Below, in pieces: positions 1 to 9,812 of a DNA stretch of 64,000 nucleotides. The DNA is from Bdellovibrionales bacterium (GTDB taxonomy: Bacteria > Bdellovibrionota > Bdellovibrionia > Bdellovibrionales > Bdellovibrionaceae). The DNA is taken from assembly GCA_031370005.1 (NCBI GenBank), contig JANMPT010000092.1, positions 29,863 to 93,862 of the forward strand, given 5' to 3'. The notes below the pieces were generated by a model. It made no database searches, was not told where the DNA came from, and saw nothing but the letters and a program-made list of their open reading frames with translations. Made by a program: the position numbers and the translations under genes. The stretch's first letter is position 1. Every line of letters begins with the position of its first letter.

Positions 1-540
1 AACCTTCGCCGCGAAAACCATGCTAATTCACAAAAAATTCTTCCTGGGATCTCTTTTGAGTCGATACCTGCAGACTCAGAGCCAAAAACTATGCCAAATA
101 CTCCGCAATTTATCTTGAAGGGCGCGCCGAAACCAGAAGTTCTACTTATGGGTTTGGCACTCAAAAGTCGTGCCAACTTTGAATTGTATTTGCAGGAAAA
201 CATCTCTGAAAATATCTCACACTTTGCTATTCATGAGATTTTAAAGAAAGCCACCGATGTCTATAGACAGGATCCTAATAAATTTGATAAGTTAACCAGT
301 CTTCTTATATCATTTGTAGATCATCCTGAGGCGCTTTTCGTAAATGAAAATGCCAATGAAACATTTGATGATGAGAGCGAGCGCAAGCTTATCCGCGATG
401 TTTTCAAAAGAGTTCGCGACAACAGCTTGCGTGACCAGGCAAAAAAGTTGGCTCGAGATTTAAAAACAGAGCCGAGCGCAGAAAAGATGGAGCAGATTAT
501 GAGTATTCAAAGAAATAGGTATTCGTTAAATAAAAACTAA
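1..540 (+). CDS. dnaG: DNA primase, C-terminal part (5' truncated by window edge)
   Basis: Frame open from base 1 to TAA at 540; helical C-terminal domain directly upstream of rpoD (conserved dnaG-rpoD order). No catalytic motif visible, so the call rests mainly on synteny. Confidence 0.65.
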   Translation, partial: NLRRENHANSQKILPGISFESIPADSEPKTMPNTPQFILKGAPKPEVLLMGLALKSRANFELYLQENISENISHFAIHEILKKATDVYRQDPNKFDKLTSLLISFVDHPEALFVNENANETFDDESERKLIRDVFKRVRDNSLRDQAKKLARDLKTEPSAEKMEQIMSIQRNRYSLNKN

Positions 541-615
541 TCTGAAGCCTCAAATTTGTAGATTATTTATATTAAGTTTTAAAAAAGTTTTTACATGCAG
601 GAAAACGGGGTCTAA

Positions 616-2442
616 ATGAAACCAAACGCACCCAACGCCACAGCTAAAGAGCCAACTAAAATTCTTAGTGTTATAGAGCAAGAGGCCTTGATCAAAGAAG
701 AGATTCAGAAGTTTATCAAACTCTTTAAAGAAAAAGGTAACCTGACCATTGAAGAGATTAATGACCATCTTCCGCAAGAGATTGTGGCGCCCGCAGTGCT
801 TGATGCCTTCATGCACGGCCTAGAGGCCGCTGGTGCAGTGATCTCAGATTTAGTGGAAACTGAAAAGGATGAGGCGGATGGATCCTTTCTCGCTGATCCG
901 GACAAGGCGGACGAGGAAGCAGATGAAGACGAAATCGCGGAAAGCGAGGACGTTAAAGGGAATGATCCGGTTCGACTTTACCTCCGAAAAATGGGAAGTG
1001 TTTCACTCCTGACTCGCGAGGGTGAAGTTGAAATTGCCCGTCGTATTGAGAAAGGTGAGCGCGAGATCGTTAAAGCGATTCTCTTGTCTCCGCTTGGAAC
1101 TTACGAAATTATTCAACTTGGCAAACGCTTAGACGAGGGTCGAATTAAAGTAAAAGCGATCTTTCGTGGCTTGGAAGACGAAGAGACTCAATACGATGAA
1201 AAAGAGTATATTGATAAAATCCACGAACTCATTGGAACAGTAACGGCTTACCATGAATCTGTGAGAAAATATTTTGATGTTCTTCGCAAAGAAGAGACCA
1301 ATACGCCTGCACGCAAAGTCGCAATGGAAGAGCTCCTGAAAGTGAACGATGAGTTAATGGCTAGCTTTGAGTCCATTAACTTTAATCGCAAAACCATCAA
1401 CCGCATTGTGATTAAGTTTAAAAATCTGGTGGGCCGTATGTCGATTCTTCGTCGTCGAATCAAGGACGGCACGGAGAAAACTTTTGCCAAAGATGTCAAT
1501 GCACTTGCAGAGCGCTTAAAGCTTATTGATGGAAACGAGAAAGAACTTACCAAAATGAGTCGTGAGACCGGCTTGAATTATAACAAATTTCGTTCTTACG
1601 CGATTCAAGCTCAAGAGGCCTCTGTTCGCCTCGGTCGATTGGACAGTGAAACTGAGATGAACTTTCGTTGGATTCAAGACACTTATACAGCTATTTGGAA
1701 GGGCGAGCGCGAAGCTGATTTGGCAAAATCTGAACTGGTTGAAGCCAATCTTCGCTTGGTGGTTTCTATTGCAAAGAAATACACTAATCGTGGATTGCAA
1801 TTCCTGGATCTTATTCAAGAAGGCAATATTGGTTTGATGAAAGCCGTTGATAAATTTGAATATCGTCGTGGTTATAAGTTCTCAACTTACGCGACTTGGT
1901 GGATTCGACAAGCAATTACTCGTGCGATTGCGGATCAGGCCAGGACTATTCGCATTCCGGTCCACATGATTGAAACGATCAACAAGCTTGTTCGGACCTC
2001 GCGCTACCTCGTGCAAGAGCTTGGCCGAGAACCAATTCCGGAAGAGATTGCGGAAAAAATGGATATGGCTGTCGATAAGGTTCGCAAGGTTCTGAAAATT
2101 GCGAAAGAGCCTATTTCACTGGAGACCCCAGTGGGAGAAGAGGAAGACTCGCACTTAGGCGACTTTATCGAAGACAAAAAAGTTATTAACCCAGCAGAAG
2201 CTATTGTAAACTTGAATTTGGCTGAGCAAACCCGCCGTGTTCTTTCTACTTTGACTCCAAGAGAAGAGAAGGTCCTTCGTATGCGTTTCGGGATTGGGGA
2301 AGAATCGGATCATACCCTGGAAGAGGTGGGTCAGGACTTCAACGTAACCCGCGAGCGTATTCGTCAAATCGAGGCTAAGGCATTGAGAAAACTTCGCCAC
2401 CCAAGCCGCAGCAATAAGCTGAAGGCATTTATTGATGGCTAG
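616..2442 (+). CDS. rpoD: RNA polymerase primary sigma factor sigma70
   Basis: [11 protein letters not shown] (region 1.2), [44 protein letters not shown], and region 4 [23 protein letters not shown]. Confidence 0.98.
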   Translation: MKPNAPNATAKEPTKILSVIEQEALIKEEIQKFIKLFKEKGNLTIEEINDHLPQEIVAPAVLDAFMHGLEAAGAVISDLVETEKDEADGSFLADPDKADEEADEDEIAESEDVKGNDPVRLYLRKMGSVSLLTREGEVEIARRIEKGEREIVKAILLSPLGTYEIIQLGKRLDEGRIKVKAIFRGLEDEETQYDEKEYIDKIHELIGTVTAYHESVRKYFDVLRKEETNTPARKVAMEELLKVNDELMASFESINFNRKTINRIVIKFKNLVGRMSILRRRIKDGTEKTFAKDVNALAERLKLIDGNEKELTKMSRETGLNYNKFRSYAIQAQEASVRLGRLDSETEMNFRWIQDTYTAIWKGEREADLAKSELVEANLRLVVSIAKKYTNRGLQFLDLIQEGNIGLMKAVDKFEYRRGYKFSTYATWWIRQAITRAIADQARTIRIPVHMIETINKLVRTSRYLVQELGREPIPEEIAEKMDMAVDKVRKVLKIAKEPISLETPVGEEEDSHLGDFIEDKKVINPAEAIVNLNLAEQTRRVLSTLTPREEKVLRMRFGIGEESDHTLEEVGQDFNVTRERIRQIEAKALRKLRHPSRSNKLKAFIDG

Positions 2443-2467
2443 TAGTTTATAAGAAAATAAATATTTG

Positions 2468-2503
2468 AAGCTCTTGGCGATTGTAAGCAAGGGCTTTTTT
2501 TTT
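2468..2503 (+). terminator. Intrinsic terminator after rpoD
   Basis: aagctcttg/caagggctt stem followed by a T run. Confidence 0.65.
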
Positions 2504-2617
2504 ACAATCCGGTGTTCGTCTTTATTGTCCAGTTGCGAACCTGTAATCCATAAAAACTTGAATAGAGATGGGCATTGTTCTTGCTCCGCTGGAGTCTTTC
2601 GACGAAAGTAGCTCTGT

Positions 2618-4159
2618 ATGGATTTAGAAAAAGCCTCTCTTGAACGACTCTTGCAACATTCTTTTCTTATGCCTTCCTTTCGCCTAGGACAACGTGAAAT
2701 CATTTCTGCTGTGCTTGAAAAGAAAGATGCCCTTGCGGTTTTGCCCACCGGCGGGGGGAAGTCTCTCTGCTATCAATTTCCTGCCGTTTATACTCAGAAA
2801 TTGGTAGTCGTAATTTCGCCATTAATAGCACTGATGAAGGATCAGGTGGCCTCTTTGCAAAGACAGGGAATTCCTTCAGGATGTTTGTACTCCGGCCAAT
2901 CTGATATTGAAAAGAGAACGATTTTCTCTGAAATTGCTAAAGGCGGACCATACTTATTATACCTTTCCCCTGAACGAGTTCAGAAAGAGGGCTTTCAGAA
3001 GTGGGTACAAGGACGTCAAATCGCCTTATTTGCAGTTGATGAGGCCCACTGCGTGTCTCAGTGGGGGCATGACTTTCGCGAGGAATACGGGCAATTGAAG
3101 GTTCTTAAAATGCTTCGGCCTGATGTTCCGATTCTGGCTTTGACAGCATCCGCAACTCCAACTGTGTTGAGTGATGTGGCAAAGAACTTGGGTCTTGTAA
3201 GACCTGAGCGCATGGTTCATGGATTTTATCGCTCGAATCTTTATTACCAGGTTGAGCAGTGCGCAGATGAAGACGCGAAGTTTTTGTTGCTGAATCAGGC
3301 CATTGGCCAAACTCCACAGGGGCGCGTAATAATTTACTGTGGAACTCGTCGGATGACAGAAGATCTTTCTGTGAGACTTTCAAAAAACTTTGATAAGATT
3401 GGGTACTATCATGCGGGGCTTTCTACTGAGGAAAGAACGGCGACTCAAGAGAGCTATACGCGCGGGGATCTGCGGATATTGGTTGCGACGAATGCTTTTG
3501 GGATGGGAATTGATCAGCCGGACGTCCGCTTGGTTGTGCACTTTCAAATGCCGGCGAATATAGATTCGCTTTATCAAGAAATGGGAAGGGCCGGTCGCGA
3601 TGGCAAAGAGTCTACCTGTCTGATGTTGTATGCGAAGAAGGACAAAGGACTTCAGTCTTTCTTTATTGATAGCTCAGATGCGCCAAAGATGATCAAGAGT
3701 GCGCGTTGGAAAAATCTCGAAGCTTTAGTTAATTACTCTGAAGGTGGCGAATGCAGACACGCTGAAATTTTGACTTATTATAAAGATTCGCAGCGGCTGG
3801 AGCGTTGTGGTCACTGTGATAGCTGTGATCCAAAGTCGGAGCGTCGCATACAGAAGCCTGCAAAACCGCTTGTTATTAAGCTGGTCAAATCCAAAACTAG
3901 GCGCATGAAGCCAGGTCACGATGATGTTGCTTTAGACATGCTTCAGGAGATTCGCTTTGAAGTTCTGCGCAAATGGAGAAAGCAAAAAGCACAGGAGCTC
4001 GATGTACCAGCTTTCGTAGTTTTTAGCGATCAAACCTTGAAGCAATTGGCGATTAAAAATCCGCAAAATATGGCGGAACTTGAGAACATCTACGGTATAG
4101 GCGAAGCTAAGTTGGAGAAGTTCGGGCGAGGTTTGCTTTTGGAACTAGCGGCTCGCTAA
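2618..4159 (+). CDS. recQ: RecQ-family ATP-dependent DNA helicase with C-terminal HRDC domain
   Basis: LPTGGGKSLCYQ, VDEAHCVSQWGHDFR, ATNAFGMGID, QEMGRAGRDG, Zn motif CRH...CGHCDSC, and HRDC LRKWRKQKAQELDVPAFVVFSD. Confidence 0.93.
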   Translation: MDLEKASLERLLQHSFLMPSFRLGQREIISAVLEKKDALAVLPTGGGKSLCYQFPAVYTQKLVVVISPLIALMKDQVASLQRQGIPSGCLYSGQSDIEKRTIFSEIAKGGPYLLYLSPERVQKEGFQKWVQGRQIALFAVDEAHCVSQWGHDFREEYGQLKVLKMLRPDVPILALTASATPTVLSDVAKNLGLVRPERMVHGFYRSNLYYQVEQCADEDAKFLLLNQAIGQTPQGRVIIYCGTRRMTEDLSVRLSKNFDKIGYYHAGLSTEERTATQESYTRGDLRILVATNAFGMGIDQPDVRLVVHFQMPANIDSLYQEMGRAGRDGKESTCLMLYAKKDKGLQSFFIDSSDAPKMIKSARWKNLEALVNYSEGGECRHAEILTYYKDSQRLERCGHCDSCDPKSERRIQKPAKPLVIKLVKSKTRRMKPGHDDVALDMLQEIRFEVLRKWRKQKAQELDVPAFVVFSDQTLKQLAIKNPQNMAELENIYGIGEAKLEKFGRGLLLELAAR

Positions 4160-4911
4160 AGTTTTTGTAGTCGCTCCAGGACCCAGTCTGGGTCGTCTAA
4201 GGGTAAGTCGTGACCGGCCCATGGATGAATATATATTGGACAGTCCCAGCTCCTTGACAGTTGTTTAGAGCATGCAGCACTCACTAAATGATCATTTTCA
4301 GAGGCCAAAATTGTGGTTGGTGCTGGTGCCTTTGCCGGAAAGACATAAGAACTAGCGGCCAACAACTGCCGGAAGAAGTTTTGGATTCCAATTGGATGTG
4401 CAACCGACTCCTCAACCCAAATCGGCAGTGCAAACTCCCTACGCTCAGAAGAGTTCGCGGTCATTTTAAGAATTTCATGCTCCATATCTTTAATAGTATA
4501 AAGACTTTTAAAGCCTAAAAAGAGCTTTGCCATTTTTAAATAGTTTTCAGGTCGTAGGCGCTCATAAAACCTCGAGTGCATTGCCGAACTCGAATTAATT
4601 AAAACTAGGTTTTTGATTTCAGCAGGGTAGTGCTCCGCCCAAGCTGTAGCGGCCATGCCGCCTAAAGAGATAGCAAGGACATGCGCACTTTTTCCTTGCT
4701 GGATGAACTGGCTCTGTTTGCGGAAGGACTCCACCATTTGCATCATGTTGGTGGGACTTTTTTCTTTATAAAGAGTTCCATTTCCAGGGATTTCTAACAA
4801 CTCTAGGCTATCGTCAGGAAAGGCTTTCTTGAACCTCTCCGGAAAATCACTCCAATGCCCAACGCCGCGAACTAGCCCACGAATGAGTATCCAATTTTTT
4901 TGCATGTCCAA
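4156..4911 (-). CDS. Alpha/beta fold hydrolase
   Basis: LIRGL oxyanion region, AISLGG nucleophile elbow, NDHLV acid and AGHDLP histidine motif. Confidence 0.85.
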   Translation of the reverse strand: MDMQKNWILIRGLVRGVGHWSDFPERFKKAFPDDSLELLEIPGNGTLYKEKSPTNMMQMVESFRKQSQFIQQGKSAHVLAISLGGMAATAWAEHYPAEIKNLVLINSSSAMHSRFYERLRPENYLKMAKLFLGFKSLYTIKDMEHEILKMTANSSERREFALPIWVEESVAHPIGIQNFFRQLLAASSYVFPAKAPAPTTILASENDHLVSAACSKQLSRSWDCPIYIHPWAGHDLPLDDPDWVLERLQKL

Positions 4912-5068
4912 TTTTTAAATACTCGTGATAACTAGTCAAAAAAAAAGCTGATTTACAGCCTCAACTCTATTGGAAAACCCTAGGCGCGTAGGCACCTCGT
5001 GTTACGTAACGGAAGGAGTTGCTAAATATATGATTTTTGATAGGTTCAGAAGGATTTTATACTAAGGG

Positions 5069-5145
5069 GGGGGGCTAGCTTAGTTGGTTAAAGCAGCCGG
5101 CTCATAACCGGCGGATCGGGGGTTCGATTCCCTCGCCCCCTACCA
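5069..5145 (+). tRNA. tRNA with CAT anticodon, probably tRNA-Ile2 (lysidine) rather than Met
   Basis: GGGGGGC/GCCCCCT acceptor stem, D arm, anticodon arm GCCGG-CTCATAA-CCGGC, GGTTCGATTC T loop and encoded CCA. Lacks initiator features. The Ile2 versus elongator Met assignment is inference. Confidence 0.93.
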
Positions 5146-5190
5146 AATTCCGGTCAAGGAAATTGGTTTTTCAGAAAATCTCAAGTCAAA

Positions 5191-5550
5191 TTAAGACAAT
5201 CCATAGCAGCGATACCTGCATCTTTTAGCCCCCCAAGTGCCGTTTGAATATTCCTGTGGACGAATTTCGAGGATGAGCCTTTCTGGCCGCAAGGTTTCTA
5301 TCACCGAGCGCAGTTGCCAGTATGGATAAGTTGAGTCATGATTGAAATGGCGACCGTGAACCGGTCCAAGTAGATAAACCACTTGGTTCGAATTGGTCTT
5401 CGTCAGTCGGACGAAATGGGATTTTTTCGCAGCTTCCGGAAAAAAGCGAAATTGGAAAGTTGAATAAAACTCTTCCACCGGCAATACAAATACGGCCATC
5501 AAAGCCTAAATGATACAAATACCAGCTATCCACATCGATTTTTTCCTCAT
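5191..5550 (-). pseudogene. Truncated secreted protein pseudogene (TraB/TIKI-like N-terminus)
   Basis: ATG at 5550 gives MRKKSMWIAGICII then an in-frame TAG (5506-5508), then ALMAVFVLP...YLLGPVHGRH...LRPERLILEIRP. Ends abruptly near the tRNA. Confidence 0.55.
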
Positions 5551-5856
5551 AAAAAATGCTAACAAATGACAAGGTGTCGGTCACTAAAGGAAACCTTTTG
5601 AAGCCCTTAAATCAGCAAAGGTATCAAACGAATTTTTATTCCCCTGAAAGCTTTTTACCAGGCAAATCTTACCTGTCAAAAACTTTGTCAGCTAGGATCA
5701 CTCGATATCCTTTGGAGACAGGCTAAAACTGATGCCGGATCGAAAAGTGGAGCTTAAAAAGCAGCCCATATCCGACCAAAAACGCGCTCATTCTATGATC
5801 GAGCTTGATATATTTTCTGTAACACCACTTTTCTTCAAAACAAGGGGTTAAATAGC

Positions 5857-6198
5857 CTATTTTTTGGCGGCGTTTTTATCGTTTGTAAAATAAATTTTTG
5901 CAACCCCACCCGAATCATATCTCATAACCTCAGTACATCGGCCCTGACTTGTTAGTTCTTTCATTTTCTTATCGGCATTAGCAGGTTCTACTGAATCTAC
6001 AGAGCAAACTAGATTAGAAGAATATTTCTTACAAAGTGCTTGAAACTTCTTATCAAATTCATCGTACTGTTTTTTAGAGAAGGCAGTAAGCATTTCGCCT
6101 CGCTCTTGAAGTTTTGAATTATTAAAACAGTTCTCAGCATTAGCATTTGCCATTGAAACGCCGCCCAACATCAAAGTGCAAAACAGTATTTTCGTCAT
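5857..6198 (-). CDS. Hypothetical secreted protein
   Basis: AAGGA RBS, signal peptide MTKILFCTLMLGGVSMANA, and four Cys in the mature part. Confidence 0.65.
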   Translation of the reverse strand: MTKILFCTLMLGGVSMANANAENCFNNSKLQERGEMLTAFSKKQYDEFDKKFQALCKKYSSNLVCSVDSVEPANADKKMKELTSQGRCTEVMRYDSGGVAKIYFTNDKNAAKK

Positions 6199-6445
6199 TA
6201 ATGTTTCCTTATGAGTAATCAAAATCTAATACATTCAAAAAAATTGGATCATGAACGGATGGGAAGTTCAATATCCAAATCTTATTCAGCCTAAAAACGA
6301 ATACAATCGTACTGGGTACTTGAGTAATCGCCTTCTCGCCAAACGTGGCTTAAAACGCAGGCGCCTGGTACGGAATGCAGACATTGAAAGCAGCGGCCTC
6401 CGTAGGGACCATCAAGGCGAGACCCTTCGGGTGCAAAAGCCTCGA

Positions 6446-6904
6446 TTAGAGGCCGTGCTCTTCAATAAAGCCCTCAAGATCCGATCTCCAGTAATACGTG
6501 GACCCACTATCGAAAGAAATCAGGTCTTCGTCAGACATTTGGGATTCCCACTCAGATTAAGCGCAGCTCCAGGAGACCGGGTCCATTTCTTTCATGACGG
6601 ATACAGCGTCTAAAGTCATCCAGCCGACCGTAATTTCGTCGGGGTAAGATTCCCGCACAAAACTCTCAAACGCCTCGTCAAGGTCAACAGCCTCAAGACT
6701 TTCTTGAAGAAGTTCTTTGATAACCCAGTCAGTGCCATATTCACAGCCGGAGCCTCGTAACATGAGCATTAAATCATCGGAGCCACAAGTTTGGCATCAG
6801 CCAGTGGCGGCTTCTTTGTAGCATCCGTAGCAGAAAGGAATTGTTTTAGCGAATGCGATTTTTTTAAGCTGTTCTTTAATTTCTGTAATCATAATATTCT
6901 CCAT
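6446..6904 (-). pseudogene. Zinc-ribbon (CxxC...CxxC) acidic protein pseudogene with two nonsense codons
   Basis: ORFs 6797..7108 and 6557..6769 share one frame: PFCYGCYKEAATG*CQTCGSDDLM...SWSCA*SEWESQMSDEDLISFDSGSTYYWRSDLEGFIEEHGL*. Internal stops are TGA 6797-6799 and TAA 6557-6559. Confidence 0.75.
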
Positions 6905-7166
6905 TTTTTGTTTCAATTTTTTTCTTTGTTCGAAAATCCCTTTGAAAGAAGTCAGGGATTTGAGAGAAAAAAAAGTGAGTGAAGAAAAGCCCTCCCGCGA
7001 GCTGCCCGTTATTACGGGGCAAAGGCTCATGACAAATTCATTTGGCGGGAGCTTATGCAAAGCTCTCGGGGAAAAAGGGATTTTTGGAGTGAGCGATGAA
7101 TAAAACAAAAAACTAGAGACGACCTGGAAATTACCAAGGCCTTAAAAATACTGAGGCAAAAAACAC

Positions 7167-7565
7167 TTAAATATCGAAGAGAGAATCAAACGGGACAAGC
7201 TCGCTCATTTTTTTAACGACTTCTTTTGCTATTTTCATGGACTCTTCGACCTCAGCTTTTTCAAGCTCCCTAGTGACCGAGTCGGGATAACGGAACTGAA
7301 CGGCATAGGGAGTAAGATCCCGAGCCTTCATGAGAAGCTCGTGGAGCCCTGGGTGAAGATTTTCAACTTCCTTCACCAAAATGTCGATGGTGTGAATTTT
7401 TGTAAACGAAAACTTCTGATACGTGAGGTAGCCCTTGATGGCCTTTTCACTGGCTTGTTGGGAGTGAAAGGTAATAGCTCGCCAAGTGTGTTCATTGTTT
7501 ATTTCCCAAAGGGCGCGTGTAGCAATGAGATCTTCTTGCGCAAAACGAAACCACTCTCGGACCAT
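7167..7565 (-). CDS. HEPN domain protein (toxin of MNT-HEPN pair)
   Basis: WFRFAQEDL, FHSQQASEKAIKGYL, KIHTI and RYP motifs; directly follows the MNT gene. Confidence 0.88.
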   Translation of the reverse strand: MVREWFRFAQEDLIATRALWEINNEHTWRAITFHSQQASEKAIKGYLTYQKFSFTKIHTIDILVKEVENLHPGLHELLMKARDLTPYAVQFRYPDSVTRELEKAEVEESMKIAKEVVKKMSELVPFDSLFDI

Positions 7566-7575
7566 TTTTCCAGGT

Positions 7576-7902
7576 TTAGACAATTGGCAACTCCACACCT
7601 TCGCTGGCCACAATACAAGCTATGGAATTAAGTTCATCTTTCCACGCATTAAATTCGGCCTCGGTATAAACGAAGATATCAGCAGAAATACCACTTCCCC
7701 AAAGAATACGATTCGCCTCTTGCATCCTTTGAATGGGACTCTTATTAGAATCTTTCACAATAATAAAAAGATCGTAGTCGCTTTCAGGTCTGGCGGTCCC
7801 TTTTGCGCGAGAGCCGAAAAGATATATTTTTGTCGGTTTAAAATGATCTGCCATTTTTTTCATAAGCAGATCAAACTTGGAGTCATGGATTTGTATTTCC
7901 AT
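7576..7902 (-). CDS. Minimal nucleotidyltransferase (MNT, antitoxin)
   Basis: IYLFGSRAKG...SDYDLFII (GS-x10-DxD) plus a third acidic residue in ADIFV. Confidence 0.9.
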   Translation of the reverse strand: MEIQIHDSKFDLLMKKMADHFKPTKIYLFGSRAKGTARPESDYDLFIIVKDSNKSPIQRMQEANRILWGSGISADIFVYTEAEFNAWKDELNSIACIVASEGVELPIV

Positions 7903-8586
7903 TTAAGCCGCCTCCGGAAAAATATTCGGAGTCAATTCTTTGGCGACTTTTCCCGCTTCTAATTTTTCTTTTTCAAGAAGGGCTTGTTTCGCAAGCTCTT
8001 CTTTTTTGACAGCCAATTTTTCTTGGTGAACACTTCCGTGTGAACATTTTGCGATGACCGAAATCGCGCGATAGGTGAGTTCACTTTTTAAGAGCTTTCT
8101 AATTAAATCTGAATCCCTCATCTTTTTTCTGCCAATGAGGTTGCCTTTTGCCCGCGCATTAGCCAGACCGTTGCGAACTCTTTCTGCGATCAAATCACGC
8201 TCTAGGGTTGCAATCGCTGAGATAATAACGAAGATCGCTTTTCCAATAGGACTACTGGTGTCAACCTTCTCCGTGAGCGACACAAAATTTGTATTATGCT
8301 TTTTCATATCCTCAAGACCCGCAAGCATATGGGTGGTGCTTCTTGCAAACCTTGAAAAAGAATAAACGACCACGCACTCCGCGTCATCATTACGAACGGC
8401 TGCCATCATGCGATCAAGAGCAGGACGTGACGCTTTTGTTCCACTTTGGTTTTCATCAGTAAAAAGTTCAAAGTTTTCAATGCCATTCAAACGACAATAA
8501 TCATTCAATGCACGGACCTGAGACTCAAGGCCCGCAGCTTGTTGATCGGTACTAACTCTGGCGTATAGACAAACTTTTTTATTCAT
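7903..8586 (-). CDS. Serine recombinase (resolvase/invertase family)
   Basis: YARVSTDQQ catalytic Ser, SRPALDRM, SRFARS, LERDLIAERVRNGL...GR, and C-terminal HTH; GGAGG RBS. Confidence 0.93.
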   Translation of the reverse strand: MNKKVCLYARVSTDQQAAGLESQVRALNDYCRLNGIENFELFTDENQSGTKASRPALDRMMAAVRNDDAECVVVYSFSRFARSTTHMLAGLEDMKKHNTNFVSLTEKVDTSSPIGKAIFVIISAIATLERDLIAERVRNGLANARAKGNLIGRKKMRDSDLIRKLLKSELTYRAISVIAKCSHGSVHQEKLAVKKEELAKQALLEKEKLEAGKVAKELTPNIFPEAA

Positions 8587-8647
8587 AATGCACCTCCGAA
8601 TATAGGGTTAATTTTTTATTTTTTCAATTTGAATGGACTTTGACGGC

Positions 8648-8839
8648 TTATCGACGCACCTCCTTTGACTCGTTATGGGTTTTATTGTGTTTAGGCTCAT
8701 TTTCTGGCCAAAAACGGGGACTGCCCCAGGCTGACGCGCGGGATTCCCAAAGGACTTTACTTGTCGCCACCTGAACCCAGTGGTTGAGGCGGTCCAAGTT
8801 TCCGGCCATGGCAAAGCTTGAGATTTTATCGAAATTCAT
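8648..8839 (-). CDS. Small hypothetical protein of the element
   Basis: GAGGAG RBS at the end of the upstream gene; 63-aa ORF with no recognisable motif. Confidence 0.4.
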   Translation of the reverse strand: MNFDKISSFAMAGNLDRLNHWVQVATSKVLWESRASAWGSPRFWPENEPKHNKTHNESKEVRR

Positions 8840-8841
8840 AA

Positions 8842-9295
8842 TCAGCTCCTCTCTATAACGATGGTTTTCTTTTCAAGACGTTCGATAATGTTTAAGATGA
8901 CGTTTCGCGACCAAGCTTTCTGACTCCGGGATTTAATCTTTTTGCTGTTCAAGTGATGAGAAATAGCCGTAGCGGACTGTCCAAGTTGCCACTGGCGATG
9001 GATGATAAGTAAGGTTGGATACTCTCTGGCATCCTTTTCAAGCTGACCACCCATGTAAGTAAAACCGTAGGGCGGTGGCGTTGAGCTTTTAAATTTCTGC
9101 CGGAAGACCACCGCTGGACTGACACTTTTGTTGGGCCTCAGTTGCACATTGTGCTTTTTGAGTTCGTCATTGAGTGTCGAACATGGGATTCCCGCTATCG
9201 CTGAAATTTCATTTAAAGAGTGGCCATGGCTATAAAGTGGGCTATGATCGAGAAAATGCGATGTTTGGAATTTTGAAAAAGCCCAATGAAATCAT
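8842..9295 (-). pseudogene. HTH plus recombinase DNA-binding-domain protein, apparently frameshifted near 9240
   Basis: PPYGF...GQSATAISHHLNSKKIKSRSQKAWSRNVILNII resembles the Recombinase DNA-binding domain. The frame extends upstream of 9147 as PLYSHGHSLNEISAIAGIPCSTL (HTH-like), and a different frame appears to continue it upstream. No catalytic Ser domain. Confidence 0.55.
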
Positions 9296-9382
9296 GGCCA
9301 GCCGAATTATTGCAGGTTCCTGAACGCGGCCTACCAAATCGATTGGTATTAAACCTTGATAATAAGCTTATTTACAGGCCGA

Positions 9383-9802
9383 TCACTTCTTTTTTTTATT
9401 TCTTTTAGGTTTTTGAAGCCTTGGTTTCGGAACAACACCAAATCGTTCGTCGTCTTTAGTAATGAGATGAGCAACCTTTTCAGCGACTTCTTCAAAATCA
9501 CTTGTAGTCATAGGTAAATAAAGCCATTTAGAAAGTACTGGATGATTTATCAAGCTTGGAAATTCTTTTATGAGGGCCGAATGGAATTCCCGTTCAGTTG
9601 GAATCAATATCCCATTCCAGATATCAAATGAATAGGTTTTGCCTCTCCACAGTCTGTCCCCAGGGCTTTCGCAGAGGACCATGACTATTCGACCATGAAC
9701 ATAAGCGGATAGGCCGCCAAACATTTTCTTCGAGATAAATGAAGGATCATCTTGAAAAGCTTCAAACGCCCATGAGAGGGAAAACTTTTTATTCAGTTTC
9801 AT
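9383..9802 (-). CDS. TfoX N-terminal-like domain protein
   Basis: KKMFGGLSAY motif; ATG at 9802 just after the tag stop. Confidence 0.65.
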   Translation of the reverse strand: MKLNKKFSLSWAFEAFQDDPSFISKKMFGGLSAYVHGRIVMVLCESPGDRLWRGKTYSFDIWNGILIPTEREFHSALIKEFPSLINHPVLSKWLYLPMTTSDFEEVAEKVAHLITKDDERFGVVPKPRLQKPKRNKKKK

Positions 9803-9812
9803 AGATTCACTA

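Larger units (their letters stand above)
5146..9339. mobile_element. Decayed tRNA-anchored integrative element (resolvase, MNT-HEPN, recombinase-domain remnant, pseudogenes)
   Basis: Begins right after the tRNA. CCTACCAAAT at the tRNA 3' end (5139-5148) recurs at 9330-9339. Contains a serine recombinase and several disrupted genes. Confidence 0.55.

Noticed and set aside
5069..5145. Initiator tRNA-fMet
   Set aside because: Position 1:72 is a G-U pair rather than a C-A mismatch, and the anticodon stem lacks the three consecutive G-C pairs next to the loop.
6251..6613. 120-aa plus-strand ORF
   Set aside because: It lies antisense to the tail of the split zinc-ribbon gene and has no recognisable motif or RBS.
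6446..6904. Stop-codon recoding or selenocysteine in the split gene
   Set aside because: The two stops differ (TGA and TAA), neither is at a Cys motif position, and TGA ends normal genes such as prfA. Pseudogenisation is simpler.
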